This document shows positions 10,689 to 21,047 of a DNA stretch of 64,000 bases, piece after piece. A program made the translations under genes and the position numbers. Within the stretch, counting starts at the first letter, position 1; each line of letters opens with the position of its first letter. Location of the stretch: NCBI GenBank assembly GCA_016176465.1, contig JACOXD010000006.1, positions 7,878 through 71,877 on the forward strand. Direction: 5' to 3'. The DNA is from Candidatus Daviesbacteria bacterium. GTDB taxonomy: Bacteria; Patescibacteriota; Microgenomatia; Daviesbacterales; UBA10151. The notes beneath the pieces are model-generated. The model was not told the origin of the DNA. It did no database searches and saw only the letters and a program-made list of their open reading frames with translations.

Positions 10689-11138
10689 TTAACTTTTAAC
10701 TCTTAACTTTATTTGGGGTCTAACTATAAATCTTCCCTCCCAAAACCTAAGCAGAAAATAGGTTGGTATAGAAATACAAGTTTCAACAATTATTTTTCCA
10801 TAACTTAAACTTATTTTAAGAAAAACAAGTTCTCCAAAAGCCATTAATAAAAATCCAAGAAAAGATAATGGTAAAATTGCATAGATGTTTGAGTGGATTG
10901 GAGTAATTTTAACTAAAGAGAGTAGCTTACTTATAAGTAGAAAAAAAATAGCATAAAAGCCAATATTTTGTGAAGAGAGAAACCCTACTAAAATCCCACC
11001 CAAAAAAGCCAAAAAAAGATTCATCTTTTCTGAAACTATTAATGTTCTAGCGATAAGTAAAGTTAAGCAAAGGTTGAGAGGAATTAGGGTGGTTTGCAAA
11101 ATGGCTGCAACAATCAAAATTACTAAGAATAGTTTCAT
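10689..11138 (-). CDS. mreD: MreD-like membrane protein
   Basis: hydrophobic, between mreC and pbp2; start moved to MKLFLV. Confidence 0.65.
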   Translation of the reverse strand: MKLFLVILIVAAILQTTLIPLNLCLTLLIARTLIVSEKMNLFLAFLGGILVGFLSSQNIGFYAIFFLLISKLLSLVKITPIHSNIYAILPLSFLGFLLMAFGELVFLKISLSYGKIIVETCISIPTYFLLRFWEGRFIVRPQIKLRVKS

Positions 11139-11189
11139 TATTCGATAATAGTTAAAGTCCAACCAAAGTTCGGCCAAAAAATGCCAAAT

Positions 11190-11981
11190 CTAGTTTGTTA
11201 TCACAAAGACAATATCTAAATTAGTTACTTCAAAAATAGGTTTCACTTTGGCTTGTTTAAAAATTTGATTATCCTCATCTTTAACCTCGGAAATACTACC
11301 TATTATTAATCCTCTAGGAAAATTAATTTCTGTCCCTTCTGTATAAACTAAATCTCCAATATTTAGTGGTTCTTGGTGTAAAATTTTCTCCATTAACATC
11401 TCTGAGCCAAACTGGCCAACCAAAATCCCTCTGGCCCGCCCATTTTTATTTGAGGCAAAAACAGAGATTTTTGAATCTGGATCTGTTGGTAAAATAACTT
11501 TGGATTGCCTTGGAGAACTTTCAGTAATTTTACCAAGGTAATTATCCTTATAAACTATAACCATATCTTTTTTCACTCCATCTATACTTCCTTTATCTAT
11601 AAGCAAAAACCTAGAAATCCCTACAGGTCTGGCTGCAATTTGAGTAAAAGTTTGTGGATCTAGAGAACGTTGCTGTTCTAAAAACCCCTCAGTTTCTGCC
11701 AATTTTCTTCTTAAATTAGCATTTTCAGATAAAATTTGAGCTAACTGTTCAGTCAGGGCTTTTTTTTCCTGTCCCGCACGCCTCGCTAAAAAAATAAATT
11801 CAAATTGCCTACTAATAGCCACACCTGATCTATACAAACCATACTGGATAGGAACTGTTACAATTTGGACAGCTTGTTTAGGTAAATTTAATAAATTTAA
11901 ATTATCTGCAAAAATTAAAAGTAAGGAAATAAATAAAAGAGGGATAAAATATTTATAATCCTGGAGCAGCGCTTTTAGCAT
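11190..11981 (-). CDS. mreC: rod shape-determining protein MreC
   Basis: TM, coiled coil, IDKGSIDGV, FPRGLIIG. Confidence 0.92.
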   Translation of the reverse strand: MLKALLQDYKYFIPLLFISLLLIFADNLNLLNLPKQAVQIVTVPIQYGLYRSGVAISRQFEFIFLARRAGQEKKALTEQLAQILSENANLRRKLAETEGFLEQQRSLDPQTFTQIAARPVGISRFLLIDKGSIDGVKKDMVIVYKDNYLGKITESSPRQSKVILPTDPDSKISVFASNKNGRARGILVGQFGSEMLMEKILHQEPLNIGDLVYTEGTEINFPRGLIIGSISEVKDEDNQIFKQAKVKPIFEVTNLDIVFVITN

Positions 11982-12036
11982 ATGGGAAATATACCAAACT
12001 TTATTTAAGATGACAAAGCTATATTTTAGAAGCTTC

Positions 12037-13173
12037 TCAGGGATAGATTACTTGTCCAACTGCTACCATAATTTGCTCACCGTTAAAAACAGGTACTTCT
12101 CTTAAAACTACTTTTTTTACTCTTCCTTTTACTTTTACCCCATTAAAAGGTGTCCAGCCACACTTGGTATATAAAAACTCATTTCTAATCTCCCACTGCT
12201 CATCTAAATCTACCTCTATATAAGTATTATTGTCATCCTGAGCACGGGCCCCCAGAGGGGAGAAGGATCCATTTAGATTCTTCGTCTCGCCAAAGGCGGA
12301 CTCAAAATGACGGGAAGAAAGTCCAAAAACTTTCTTAGGATTAGTTGAGGTTAGTTCTATTACCCTTTCTAAGGTCAATCTCTTCTCAGCTACAGCATTT
12401 AAAAGTAACGGTAGGGTGGTTTCTAACCCTGGGACCCCAAAAGGAGGGTTTTCTGATTTTAATTTTTCATCAACAGTGTGAGGTGCATGATCAGATGCAA
12501 CCATATCCAAAACATCTAAATTTTTCCAAATATATTCAACATCTTTTTTAGAAGATAGCGGTGGTTTCATAATTCCAAAAGGTCCTAATCTTTTTAAATC
12601 TTCATTTGTTAAAAATAGATGATGGGCAGAAACTTCAGCAGTAATTGGCATTCCCGCTTCTTTAGCTATCCTAACTTGATCAATTTCTGAAGCTAGCGAT
12701 AAATGACAAACATGGAGTCTTTGTCCATGACGTTTTGCCAGATCAATCGCCGTGGCTAGGGTCGGACCCTCTGCGTGAACCATAATTATTTTACTCTTGG
12801 GCCAGTTAGCAAAAATTAACTCCAAATCATTTTGATCCTCAATAAGTAGGGGACCTGTGGTGTGATTCATATACACCTTTAGCCCCCAAACTTTTTTCTT
12901 TACTTGTTCAAAAAAAGGAACAGAAACTTTAGAGCCACCAAAGTGAAACCCTAAATCACAAAATATCCTCCCAGGAGCTAAATCTATTTTTTCTTCTAAT
13001 GATATATTGTCAACTATGGGGTTTGGGTTATTGGGCATGTCAAAAATAGTAGTATACCCTCCTGCTATGGCAGCTTTGCTGCCTGTAGCAAAGTCTTCTT
13101 TTTGGATATTCCCAGGCTCTCTTAAGTGAACATGGACATCAACTAGACCTGGCAGTTTAACAATTTTAGACAT
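12037..13173 (-). CDS. pyrC: dihydroorotase
   Basis: DVHVHLREPG, DMPN, ASDHAPH. Confidence 0.93.
   Translation of the reverse strand: MSKIVKLPGLVDVHVHLREPGNIQKEDFATGSKAAIAGGYTTIFDMPNNPNPIVDNISLEEKIDLAPGRIFCDLGFHFGGSKVSVPFFEQVKKKVWGLKVYMNHTTGPLLIEDQNDLELIFANWPKSKIIMVHAEGPTLATAIDLAKRHGQRLHVCHLSLASEIDQVRIAKEAGMPITAEVSAHHLFLTNEDLKRLGPFGIMKPPLSSKKDVEYIWKNLDVLDMVASDHAPHTVDEKLKSENPPFGVPGLETTLPLLLNAVAEKRLTLERVIELTSTNPKKVFGLSSRHFESAFGETKNLNGSFSPLGARAQDDNNTYIEVDLDEQWEIRNEFLYTKCGWTPFNGVKVKGRVKKVVLREVPVFNGEQIMVAVGQVIYP
12232..12311. repeat. GTCAT...ATGAC two-arm palindromic element in frame in pyrC
   Basis: GTCATCCTGAG...GAAGGATC...AGATTCTTC...CTCAAAATGAC; encodes RHFESAFGETKNLNGSFSPLGARAQDD. Confidence 0.9.
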
Positions 13174-13900
13174 TTAAATTCCTTGAATAATTTAAATATT
13201 TTACTGTTTCATCATACTGATCCTTAGATATTGTTTTAGTACTCAAATAATAATCTAAAAGCTGACTTAAAGTTAAAGCAGAATATATTTTATAACCCTT
13301 CTCTTCCATAACCTCCTTACCTCCTTCTTCTCTATCTATTAATATAAGTAGACCCATCACCTTATAGCCAAGGTCTTCTGCGACGTTTATAGCTTCCATT
13401 TTTGATCCTCCTTTTGTTATCAAATCATCTACTATTAAAAGCTTTTTTCCATTTCCTTTTTGTGCATTACCTGCTGGGAGTATTTGATGATGTTGTGGGG
13501 TATCATCCTTTTCAAGGATTGCTACATAAGGAATACCACTAATCTCTGAGAATTTTTTTGCATAAGGTACCGCTGCATTAGGAATTCCCGTACAAAAATC
13601 AGGTCTTTCATCAAGTTTAATTTCATTTAAAACTTTAGCTATCTGATCTATAACATTCCCTGGAAGGCTTCTTAAATTTATATACATTGGAGAAAGAGCA
13701 GCTCCTGGAGTAACTTCGTGGTGTTTAAAAACAAATTCTCCAGGATCTATCCTAAAATCAAATGGTGAGGTATCCCTGATAATATGATAAAATTCGAAAC
13801 TTCCATCAGGATTTTGCTTTCTTCTTCTAATTTTAGCTTGAGTCTTGGTTTTAAACAGTAAATCTGCTAATTTTTTTTGTTTGGCAGTTAATTCACTCAT
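13166..13900 (-). CDS. pyrE: orotate phosphoribosyltransferase
   Basis: SPMYINLR, PRPP-binding LIVDDLITKGGSK. Confidence 0.88.
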   Translation of the reverse strand: MSELTAKQKKLADLLFKTKTQAKIRRRKQNPDGSFEFYHIIRDTSPFDFRIDPGEFVFKHHEVTPGAALSPMYINLRSLPGNVIDQIAKVLNEIKLDERPDFCTGIPNAAVPYAKKFSEISGIPYVAILEKDDTPQHHQILPAGNAQKGNGKKLLIVDDLITKGGSKMEAINVAEDLGYKVMGLLILIDREEGGKEVMEEKGYKIYSALTLSQLLDYYLSTKTISKDQYDETVKYLNYSRNLNV

Positions 13901-13906
13901 AAGTAT

Positions 13907-14749
13907 TTATGCAGCATATTTTAGGACACTTCGATGTAACTCCTCTGTCTTGGCTCTGGCAGCTTCTGCAAAATCCTCACCCGCTGATGCAAAAATGATT
14001 GTACTACTGGAGTTTATGATCATTCCCCAACCTCTGGAATCTCTTCCTGCTTGAATGGTTGCTTCCACATCTCCATCTTGAGCACCGAGTCCAGGAATTA
14101 AGATTGGAATATCTCCAATGATGGATCTAACAACTGCAAGTTCCTTTGGAAAAGTAGCCCCTACTACTACTCCACAGTTACCATTTTTATTCCATACAGT
14201 AGCTACTCTCTCGGCCACCGTCTCATAGAGAGTTTTGCCCGTATCAGCCAGTTTTTGATCCTGAAATTCCCCATTACCTTTATTAGATGTTTTAACAAGA
14301 ATTATAACTCCTTTATTTTTATAAGCTAAAAATGGATCTAGAGCATCTTCTCCAAAATATGGATTTACTGTGACTGCACCGAACCCCAAATTATCAAAAA
14401 TAGATCTAGCATAGGATGCACTAGTTCTATCTATGTCACCTCTTTTGGCATCTAATATAGGTACTATATGGGGATAATTTTTATTTATGTAAGCTGCTGT
14501 TCTAGCAAGAGCATTCCAACCTTCTGCACCCTGTTCTTCATAATAAGAACTTTGGGGTTTAAAAGCACAAACTAAGTCAGCAGTTGCATCAACTATAGCT
14601 CTGTTAAATTCAAATATTGCATCCTCAACTGAGCTACCATCCTTAACTGCTTGAGGTAGTCTCGCATAATCACTATCCAACCCAACACAAACAAATAATC
14701 CTTTTGCCCACTGCCCCTCAAGCTTTGTTACAAATTCACTCTTTCCCAT
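13907..14749 (-). CDS. pyrF: orotidine-5'-phosphate decarboxylase
   Basis: CVGLD, DAKRGDI, VGAT, LIPGLGAQ; start moved to MGKSEF. Confidence 0.95.
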   Translation of the reverse strand: MGKSEFVTKLEGQWAKGLFVCVGLDSDYARLPQAVKDGSSVEDAIFEFNRAIVDATADLVCAFKPQSSYYEEQGAEGWNALARTAAYINKNYPHIVPILDAKRGDIDRTSASYARSIFDNLGFGAVTVNPYFGEDALDPFLAYKNKGVIILVKTSNKGNGEFQDQKLADTGKTLYETVAERVATVWNKNGNCGVVVGATFPKELAVVRSIIGDIPILIPGLGAQDGDVEATIQAGRDSRGWGMIINSSSTIIFASAGEDFAEAARAKTEELHRSVLKYAA

Positions 14750-14886
14750 TGCAAGCAATTTACTATTAATTAAATTAAGTGTCAATGTTAATTTGCGGTG
14801 TTAGTTAGATTGATCAATTAGCATTTTGTATCTGATACAAAGGAATGCTATAGCTTATGTTTGTATCATTTATTACACCTCCTATC

Positions 14887-14903
14887 ACACCTCCGAGGTG
14901 TGA
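14887..14903. repeat. CACC-n-GGTG palindrome
   Basis: ACACCTCCGAGGTGTGA, identical to 49276-49292. Confidence 0.8.
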
Positions 14904-14975
14904 TAAAAAATCTTCCTAAGTTTGATATATTTAATATATATTGTCCAAAAATGAGGGGTTTGCTAGTATGGAAAA

Positions 14976-15320
14976 ATGTTAACTAAACAGGATTTGGAAG
15001 CAATAGATAGGCTCGTAACTAAAAGATTAGATCCTATTAAACAAAGAGTAAATGAAGTAGAAATCAGTTTAAGATCAGAATTGCAGGGAGAAATTGGTTC
15101 ATTAAATAAAACAGTAGGTTCATTAAGTGGGACAGTAGAGGAGTTGAGGAAAGATATGAACAGAGGATTTAAAGATGCACGTAGAGAATTAAACAAATTA
15201 CACCAGAGTCAGGAAGAAATTATTAAATTCTTTAATGAAGAAGCTTTATCTCTAAAAAAGGAGGTCGATAGAATTGAAAAAGTTCTTAATCTCCCTCCAT
15301 TACCCAAACTCACTTCTTGA
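14976..15320 (+). CDS. small coiled-coil protein
   Basis: MLTKQDL start, heptad pattern; similar style to 40184..40453. Confidence 0.75.
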   Translation: MLTKQDLEAIDRLVTKRLDPIKQRVNEVEISLRSELQGEIGSLNKTVGSLSGTVEELRKDMNRGFKDARRELNKLHQSQEEIIKFFNEEALSLKKEVDRIEKVLNLPPLPKLTS

Positions 15321-15357
15321 CAGCAAATTCCTTCTAACTTATAGTAGCTTTGAGTTA

Positions 15358-16533
15358 ATGAAGGCTAATAATAGGGGCAAATCTTCAAATAATCTTCTTC
15401 ATCCCAATCAACCCACCTTTATATATGATATTAATAAACCTTGGGAAGAGGTGATAAAGAGTGAACCTATTTGGCTTTCTCAAAAATTCCCTCCCCGCCC
15501 AAAACTTTACTGCTTTTTAGGACACACCCTAATTTCCCCTGTCGTTATAGCAGCGGGGCCTGCCTCTGGAAAAATCTGGACAGATTTTTACTTTAAGATG
15601 GGCTATGGTGCTGTAATTCAAAAAACTATGAGAACTGCTCCCCGCAGCTCTAACTTAGCTCCTAATATTGCTATTGTTAAAGCAAGCAAACCTATAGCTA
15701 GAAATAGTTTAGGTCAAACAATGCATGCTACTATGAACCAGGATGAATATCCTAAATTTCAAAGCATCACCAACTCTTTTGGCAACCCCTCACCTCTACT
15801 TTCAACTTGGGCTAATGAGTTAAAAGAGCAAAAGAAGGGTGTTAATCCAGGGCAATTATTAGGGTGCTCAGTAACAGCCTCTATTGGAGAAAACTCAAGC
15901 TGCAGCGTTATCTTTGGTGAGAATCCCCCAATCTCCCAGGTTTTAGAAGTAGCCACAGACCTTTTAACAGCAGCCTCTGTTGCTGTAACTTCAGGAGCTG
16001 ATTTTGTGGAGTTAAATTTAGCTTGCCCTAATGTAATGGAAAATACTGAAGAAAGTGAGATGTTTCAAAACGCCAAGTTGATTCAATATACTTTAGAGGA
16101 ATTTAAAAAAAGATTTCCTAATATTCCAATAGGATTTAAGTTTGGCTTATATAAAGATAAAGATCAAATGAAGCGAGTTTTTGCACAAGCAGGAGATAAT
16201 CTTGATTATGTTTCAGGAATTAATGCCTTAGCTATGCCTGTTGAGGCTGAGGATGGTAAAGATATTTTACCCGGAAGGAAAAAGAGTGGTGTTTGTGGAA
16301 GGGTAATTAAAGATATTGCACTAGAACATATTGAGTGGGCCTCCCAAATCAGAGAAGAAGAAGGGTTAAAGTATGAAATACTAGGTGGTGGGGGAATTTT
16401 AGAATCTGAAGATGTAGATAAATTTTTAAACCTAGGTGCTAATGCAGTCCAAGTTGCAACAGTAGCCCTAACTAATCCCTTATTTGCTCATCAATATAGC
16501 CTCCACACTCAATATCAATCCCATGCAAATTAA
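15358..16533 (+). CDS. dihydroorotate dehydrogenase family protein
   Basis: SPVVIAAG, NSFG, ELNLACPN, GGGGI, GANAVQV; next to pyrCEF. Confidence 0.8.
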   Translation: MKANNRGKSSNNLLHPNQPTFIYDINKPWEEVIKSEPIWLSQKFPPRPKLYCFLGHTLISPVVIAAGPASGKIWTDFYFKMGYGAVIQKTMRTAPRSSNLAPNIAIVKASKPIARNSLGQTMHATMNQDEYPKFQSITNSFGNPSPLLSTWANELKEQKKGVNPGQLLGCSVTASIGENSSCSVIFGENPPISQVLEVATDLLTAASVAVTSGADFVELNLACPNVMENTEESEMFQNAKLIQYTLEEFKKRFPNIPIGFKFGLYKDKDQMKRVFAQAGDNLDYVSGINALAMPVEAEDGKDILPGRKKSGVCGRVIKDIALEHIEWASQIREEEGLKYEILGGGGILESEDVDKFLNLGANAVQVATVALTNPLFAHQYSLHTQYQSHAN

Positions 16534-16542
16534 TATATCACT

Positions 16543-17601
16543 TTACTTGAGACCTCCTGTTACCCTAACTTTACTTAATAAATCCAGATCATCTAGCAAC
16601 TTATAACAACCCCTAACCACTGTAGTTAGAGGATCCTCTGCTATCCAAACTGGCATTTTAGTCTCATCTGACAACCTTTTATCAAACCCTCTAATTAGAG
16701 CTCCTCCTCCAGTTACCACAATTCCTCTCTCAAGTAGATCCCCTACAAGCTCTGGTGGAGTTTCCTCTAAAACCTCCTGGATTGCTCCAATAATTTGATT
16801 GAGAGTAGAACTCAAAGCTTCTCTTACCTCTGAGGCAGAAATCTTAATGGATTTTGGTAAGCCCGTTGCAAGTTCTCTTCCCCTAACTATTGTTTCCCTT
16901 TCTTTTTCTAGCTGTATCGCAGAACCTAAATCTATCTTTACCTCTTCTGCAGTCCTCTCACCAATCAACATCCCATATCTCATCCTTAAATAATTAATTA
17001 TATCTTGATCCATCTCATCTCCAGCTATTCTTAAAGATTTATTTATGACCATTCCACCTAAAGAGATAACTGCTATCTCTGTTGTGCCTCCCCCAATATC
17101 TACAACAAAACATCCATCAGGCTCCTCTATCCTTAGATCAGCTCCAATAGCAGCTGCCATGGGTTCTTCTATTAAAAATGCTTCCCTTGCACCTGCAGAT
17201 AAGGCTGCATCCTGAACTGCCCTTCTCTCAACCTCTGTTACACCAGATGGAATGCCTATCACTACTCTTGGCCTTGGGATTTTGGGAATCCGCCAGCTGG
17301 CGAAGCCAGGAGATTGGTGCACTTTTTGGATAAAGTGTCTTAGCATTGCCTCAGTTGTATCAAAATCAGAAATTACCCCATCCCTTAGTGGTCTAACTGC
17401 CTCTATTACTGCTGGAGTTCTCCCTAACATCCTTTTTGCCTCAGAACCTATAGCTAAAACCTGCTTGGTTTTTTTATGGATTGCTACAACAGAGGGTTCT
17501 CTAATTACAATACCTTTACCCTTAACAGCTACTAAAGTATTAACTGTTCCTAAATCTATACCTATATCATGAGAAAAAAGACTCCAAATCCTTCCTAACA
17601 T
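16543..17601 (-). CDS. mreB: rod shape-determining protein MreB
   Basis: GIDLGT, EEPMAAAIGA, VDIGGGTT. Confidence 0.98.
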   Translation of the reverse strand: MLGRIWSLFSHDIGIDLGTVNTLVAVKGKGIVIREPSVVAIHKKTKQVLAIGSEAKRMLGRTPAVIEAVRPLRDGVISDFDTTEAMLRHFIQKVHQSPGFASWRIPKIPRPRVVIGIPSGVTEVERRAVQDAALSAGAREAFLIEEPMAAAIGADLRIEEPDGCFVVDIGGGTTEIAVISLGGMVINKSLRIAGDEMDQDIINYLRMRYGMLIGERTAEEVKIDLGSAIQLEKERETIVRGRELATGLPKSIKISASEVREALSSTLNQIIGAIQEVLEETPPELVGDLLERGIVVTGGGALIRGFDKRLSDETKMPVWIAEDPLTTVVRGCYKLLDDLDLLSKVRVTGGLK

Positions 17602-17703
17602 TGCAAAGGGGAGTGTAACAAGAAAACCCGGGCAAGACAACAATCAACGTCTTAGATGTAGGCAATGCTAAACAAATTTGTTAAACTCAAGAAAAGCAAT
17701 TGT

Positions 17704-19805
17704 ATGCTAAATAAAGTATTAACTTGGAGTTTTTATATCCTCTTTTTTGCAACACCCCTTGTTTGGGCCTCTTTTACTAGTGAGCTTTTTGAGCTAAATA
17801 AAATGTTTTTAGTCTATTTTTTGACCATTGTTATTACTACAACTTGGGTTATTAAAATGGTTCTAGAAAAAAAACTAATCTTTAAAAAAACTCCTTTAAG
17901 TATGCCTTTACTTTTATTTTTAGGAGCAAACTTTTTATCTACTGTTTTCTCAAGCGATGCCCATCTTTCTATTTATGGCTACCACTCCAGGCTAAATGGG
18001 GGGTTACTTTCCATAATTTCTTATACTCTTTTATATTTTGCTTTAACTTCTAATTTTGGCAAAGAACAAATTATTAACTTTTTAAGAACAATACTTCTTG
18101 GAGGGTTTTTAGTCTCTTTATATGCTATCCCTGAGCATTTTGGTGTCTCCCCTTCCTGCTTAATTTTGACTGGCAGCTTAAATGCAGACTGTTGGGTTCA
18201 AGATGTAGAGGCTAGGGTTTTTGCCACTTTGGGCCAGCCAAATTGGCACTTTATTTTTACATTACAGCTAAATCAAGAGTGCAAACTATTATCTATTTCC
18301 TATTATCTATTACCTATTATCTGGCTTTTACTTTTACTTACTCAAGAGGAGCTAGCTTAGGATTTTTAGCAGGCCTAGGGGTGTTTATAGTCTTACAAGT
18401 TTTAGCTTTCAACCCCCGGGGTTTCAATCTAAAGTTTTTGTACACTTTTAAGCCTATATTCATAGTGCTTATTATTTTTCTTTTTATAAATCTACTTTTT
18501 GGCTCAGCTTTAATGGGAGACTTTAAGCTGATTAAACAAAACGCTCCTCCTGCTAGACCAGCAATAAGTGTAGGTACCCAATTAGAAAATGGGGGCAGCG
18601 AGTCTGGACAAATTAGATTAATTGTTTGGAAGGGGGCCTTGGAGATATTCAAAAATAATTTTTTACTTGGATCAGGTGTTGAAACTTTTGCCCAGACTTA
18701 TTATCAATATAGACCTAAAGAACACAACTATACTTCTGAATGGGATTTTTTATATAACAAAGCTCATAATGAATACTTAAACTATCTGGCTACTACTGGA
18801 CTGGTGGGATTTTTAAGCTATTTGGCAATTATCCTAATCTTTATAGTATATAGTATTTGGTATATTGTATATGGTAAAAAAGAAATACAAAATACTAAAT
18901 ACAAAATACTAAATACTAGCTTGCTAGCATCCTATATGAGCTATTTAATCCAAAATATTTTTGGATTTTCAGTAGTCATTATTGCTGTATTTTTTTATTT
19001 ATTCCCAGGTTTTGCTTTTCTAGTTGCAGATTCTATAAAAGAGGTTAATGCCTCCAAGAGGCTATCCTCTATACGCTATTTACTCTACGCTACTTTATAC
19101 AGACGTCAATTATACAGCTACATTTTTCTTGGTTTTATATTCTTAACAGCAGCCTACTTAATTTATAGCTTAAACTTAATGTACCGAGCAGATATACATT
19201 TTGCCAAAGGTTCTCAAGCCCTAGAACAGGAAAATCCTGGAAGGGCATACAATGAACTTTTAGAAGCTGTTGAACAAAACCCAATAGAGCCTGTTTATAG
19301 AAGCTACTTGAGCCTTTCTGCAGCAACCGCAGCTTCAGGATTACTTGGCGAGGATAAAAAAATTGCGGAGGAGTTAAAAGATGTTGCTTTATTTGAAGCA
19401 GAGCTAATACTTAAAACTTATCCTCAAAATGTTTCTTACCTTAGAAATGCTATCAGCACTTATTTTGCACTATCAGCCTTAGATCCTAAATACTTAAATC
19501 AAGCTTTAGATGTAGTTAATAGGGCAATAAAGCTTGCCCCAACTGATCCTAAACTGCTCGTAAATAAAGCCATAGTGTTAGAGGAAATTGGGAAGAAAAA
19601 AGAGGTTGAGGAAGCATATAAATTTGCTATTAATTTAAAACCTGACTATGCCGAAGCCCATTTTGGTTTAGCTTACTTTTATGAGAAGCAAAAAGATAAG
19701 GAAAATGCTATAAAAGAGTATAAAGAGGTGTTAAAGATAGTACCAGGACATCCTGAAGCTTTGCAGAAAGTTGGAGAATTAGAAAAAAACAACGCGGGTA
19801 AATAA
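17704..19805 (+). pseudogene. O-antigen ligase-like/TPR membrane protein, frameshifted near 18246
   Basis: FATLGQPNW ends frame 1; TYSRG, RLIVW, AHNEYL and TPRs lie in ORF 18243..19805. Confidence 0.75.
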
Positions 19806-19808
19806 TTA

Positions 19809-20093
19809 ATGAAGAAAGTATCTCAAATACTTGATCAAACCCAAGCTATCTTTAAAGATAGGCCTAAAAACTTATCTAAAGAATTTCAAGTTTATGGAGT
19901 ATATTTAGCAGAAGCCTTAGGAGATACCAAGCATTATTCTTTATACATTAAGCTTGCTAAAACATTACCTAGGCATATATTAGATGAGGCTTTAACTTTT
20001 TGCAAGGAATATCGAAATGCCAGAAGCAAAGGAAAGATCTTTATGTGGAAGTTAGAAAAGTTAAAACAGCAACTTAAAGAGGCGACCGTTTAA
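19809..20093 (+). CDS. small hypothetical protein
   Basis: 94-aa ORF immediately after the upstream gene. Confidence 0.75.
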   Translation: MKKVSQILDQTQAIFKDRPKNLSKEFQVYGVYLAEALGDTKHYSLYIKLAKTLPRHILDEALTFCKEYRNARSKGKIFMWKLEKLKQQLKEATV

Positions 20094-20308
20094 CATGGTT
20101 CTATTGGCTTGATTTTACTAGGCCTACCTCGTTTTACCTGCGCTAACTTGGGATCTGCGGCAAATTCTGCTCTGGCCTTGGCGATTGACTGTTCCAATGC
20201 TAATTTTCCCTTTTTGCCATCTAGTTCTTCTTCTTTCTGGTCGAGCGCATCAAAGAAACTAACTGCATCTAAACCCCTAGGTTGCAATTCTAAACTTTCT
20301 CTACCCAT
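20090..20308 (-). CDS. hypothetical protein
   Basis: consensus promoter just upstream. Confidence 0.6.
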   Translation of the reverse strand: MGRESLELQPRGLDAVSFFDALDQKEEELDGKKGKLALEQSIAKARAEFAADPKLAQVKRGRPSKIKPIEPC

Positions 20309-20317
20309 AAGAAAAAA

Positions 20318-20346
20318 ATTATAGAAACCTATTCGTTTTATGTCAA
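20318..20346 (-). promoter_or_regulatory. sigma70 promoter
   Basis: TTGACA-17-TATAAT on the minus strand. Confidence 0.8.
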
Positions 20347-20425
20347 ATTACCCTATAGGTCTAAATTAAAAAAATTTATAGGGTATCATAGGTAACTTTA
20401 GCCTGAAATATGCTACAATTTATTA

Positions 20426-20944
20426 ATGGAGATAATTATAGCCCCAGATGCAAGGTTGCGAGTAAAAACAAAAATTGTTAATAAACTAACCCCCTCATTA
20501 AAGGCAATAATAAAGGAGATGGTGAAACTAAGCAAAACGTTTATAGACCCAGAGGGTGTGGGCTTAGCATCAACCCAAATTGGAAATTCTGAACAATATT
20601 TTGTTATGAAATTAAGTGATGGAACTTTTAAGGCAGTCTTTAATCCTAAAATTTTATCTTATGGTAAAAAAACTAAAGTCTTTTTTGAAGGCTGTTTATC
20701 TATCCCCAAGTATTATGGAGAAGTAAAACGCCCTACTAATATTAGGGTAATTTACATGGATAAAGATGGGACACAAGTCAAAGAATCCTTAAAAGGAGTG
20801 TCTGCCTGGATTTTTCAGCACGAATATGACCATTTACAAGGAAAGTTATTTATGGACTTGCTTTTAGCCCAAAAAGGTAAATTATTTAAAGTTGTTGGTA
20901 AAGATAGAGCAGGCGCAGACATTTTTCAGGAAGTAGGTCTTTAA
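20426..20944 (+). CDS. def: peptide deformylase
   Basis: GVGLA, EGCLS, QHEYDH. Confidence 0.97.
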   Translation: MEIIIAPDARLRVKTKIVNKLTPSLKAIIKEMVKLSKTFIDPEGVGLASTQIGNSEQYFVMKLSDGTFKAVFNPKILSYGKKTKVFFEGCLSIPKYYGEVKRPTNIRVIYMDKDGTQVKESLKGVSAWIFQHEYDHLQGKLFMDLLLAQKGKLFKVVGKDRAGADIFQEVGL

Positions 20945-20946
20945 AT

Positions 20947-21047
20947 GTCATTCTGAAGCGCGGGCCCCTTTAGGGAGGAAGGATCTAAAAGAGCTAGATT
21001 CTTCTGGTCCACTGGACCATCAGAATGACAACTTTGCTCAGAATGAC
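20947..21047. repeat. GTCAT...ATGAC element plus extra right end, between def and fmt
   Basis: GTCATTCTGAAGCGCGGGCCCCTTTAGGGAGGAAGGATCT...AGATTCTTC...TCAGAATGAC, then a second CTCAGAATGAC. Confidence 0.9.
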
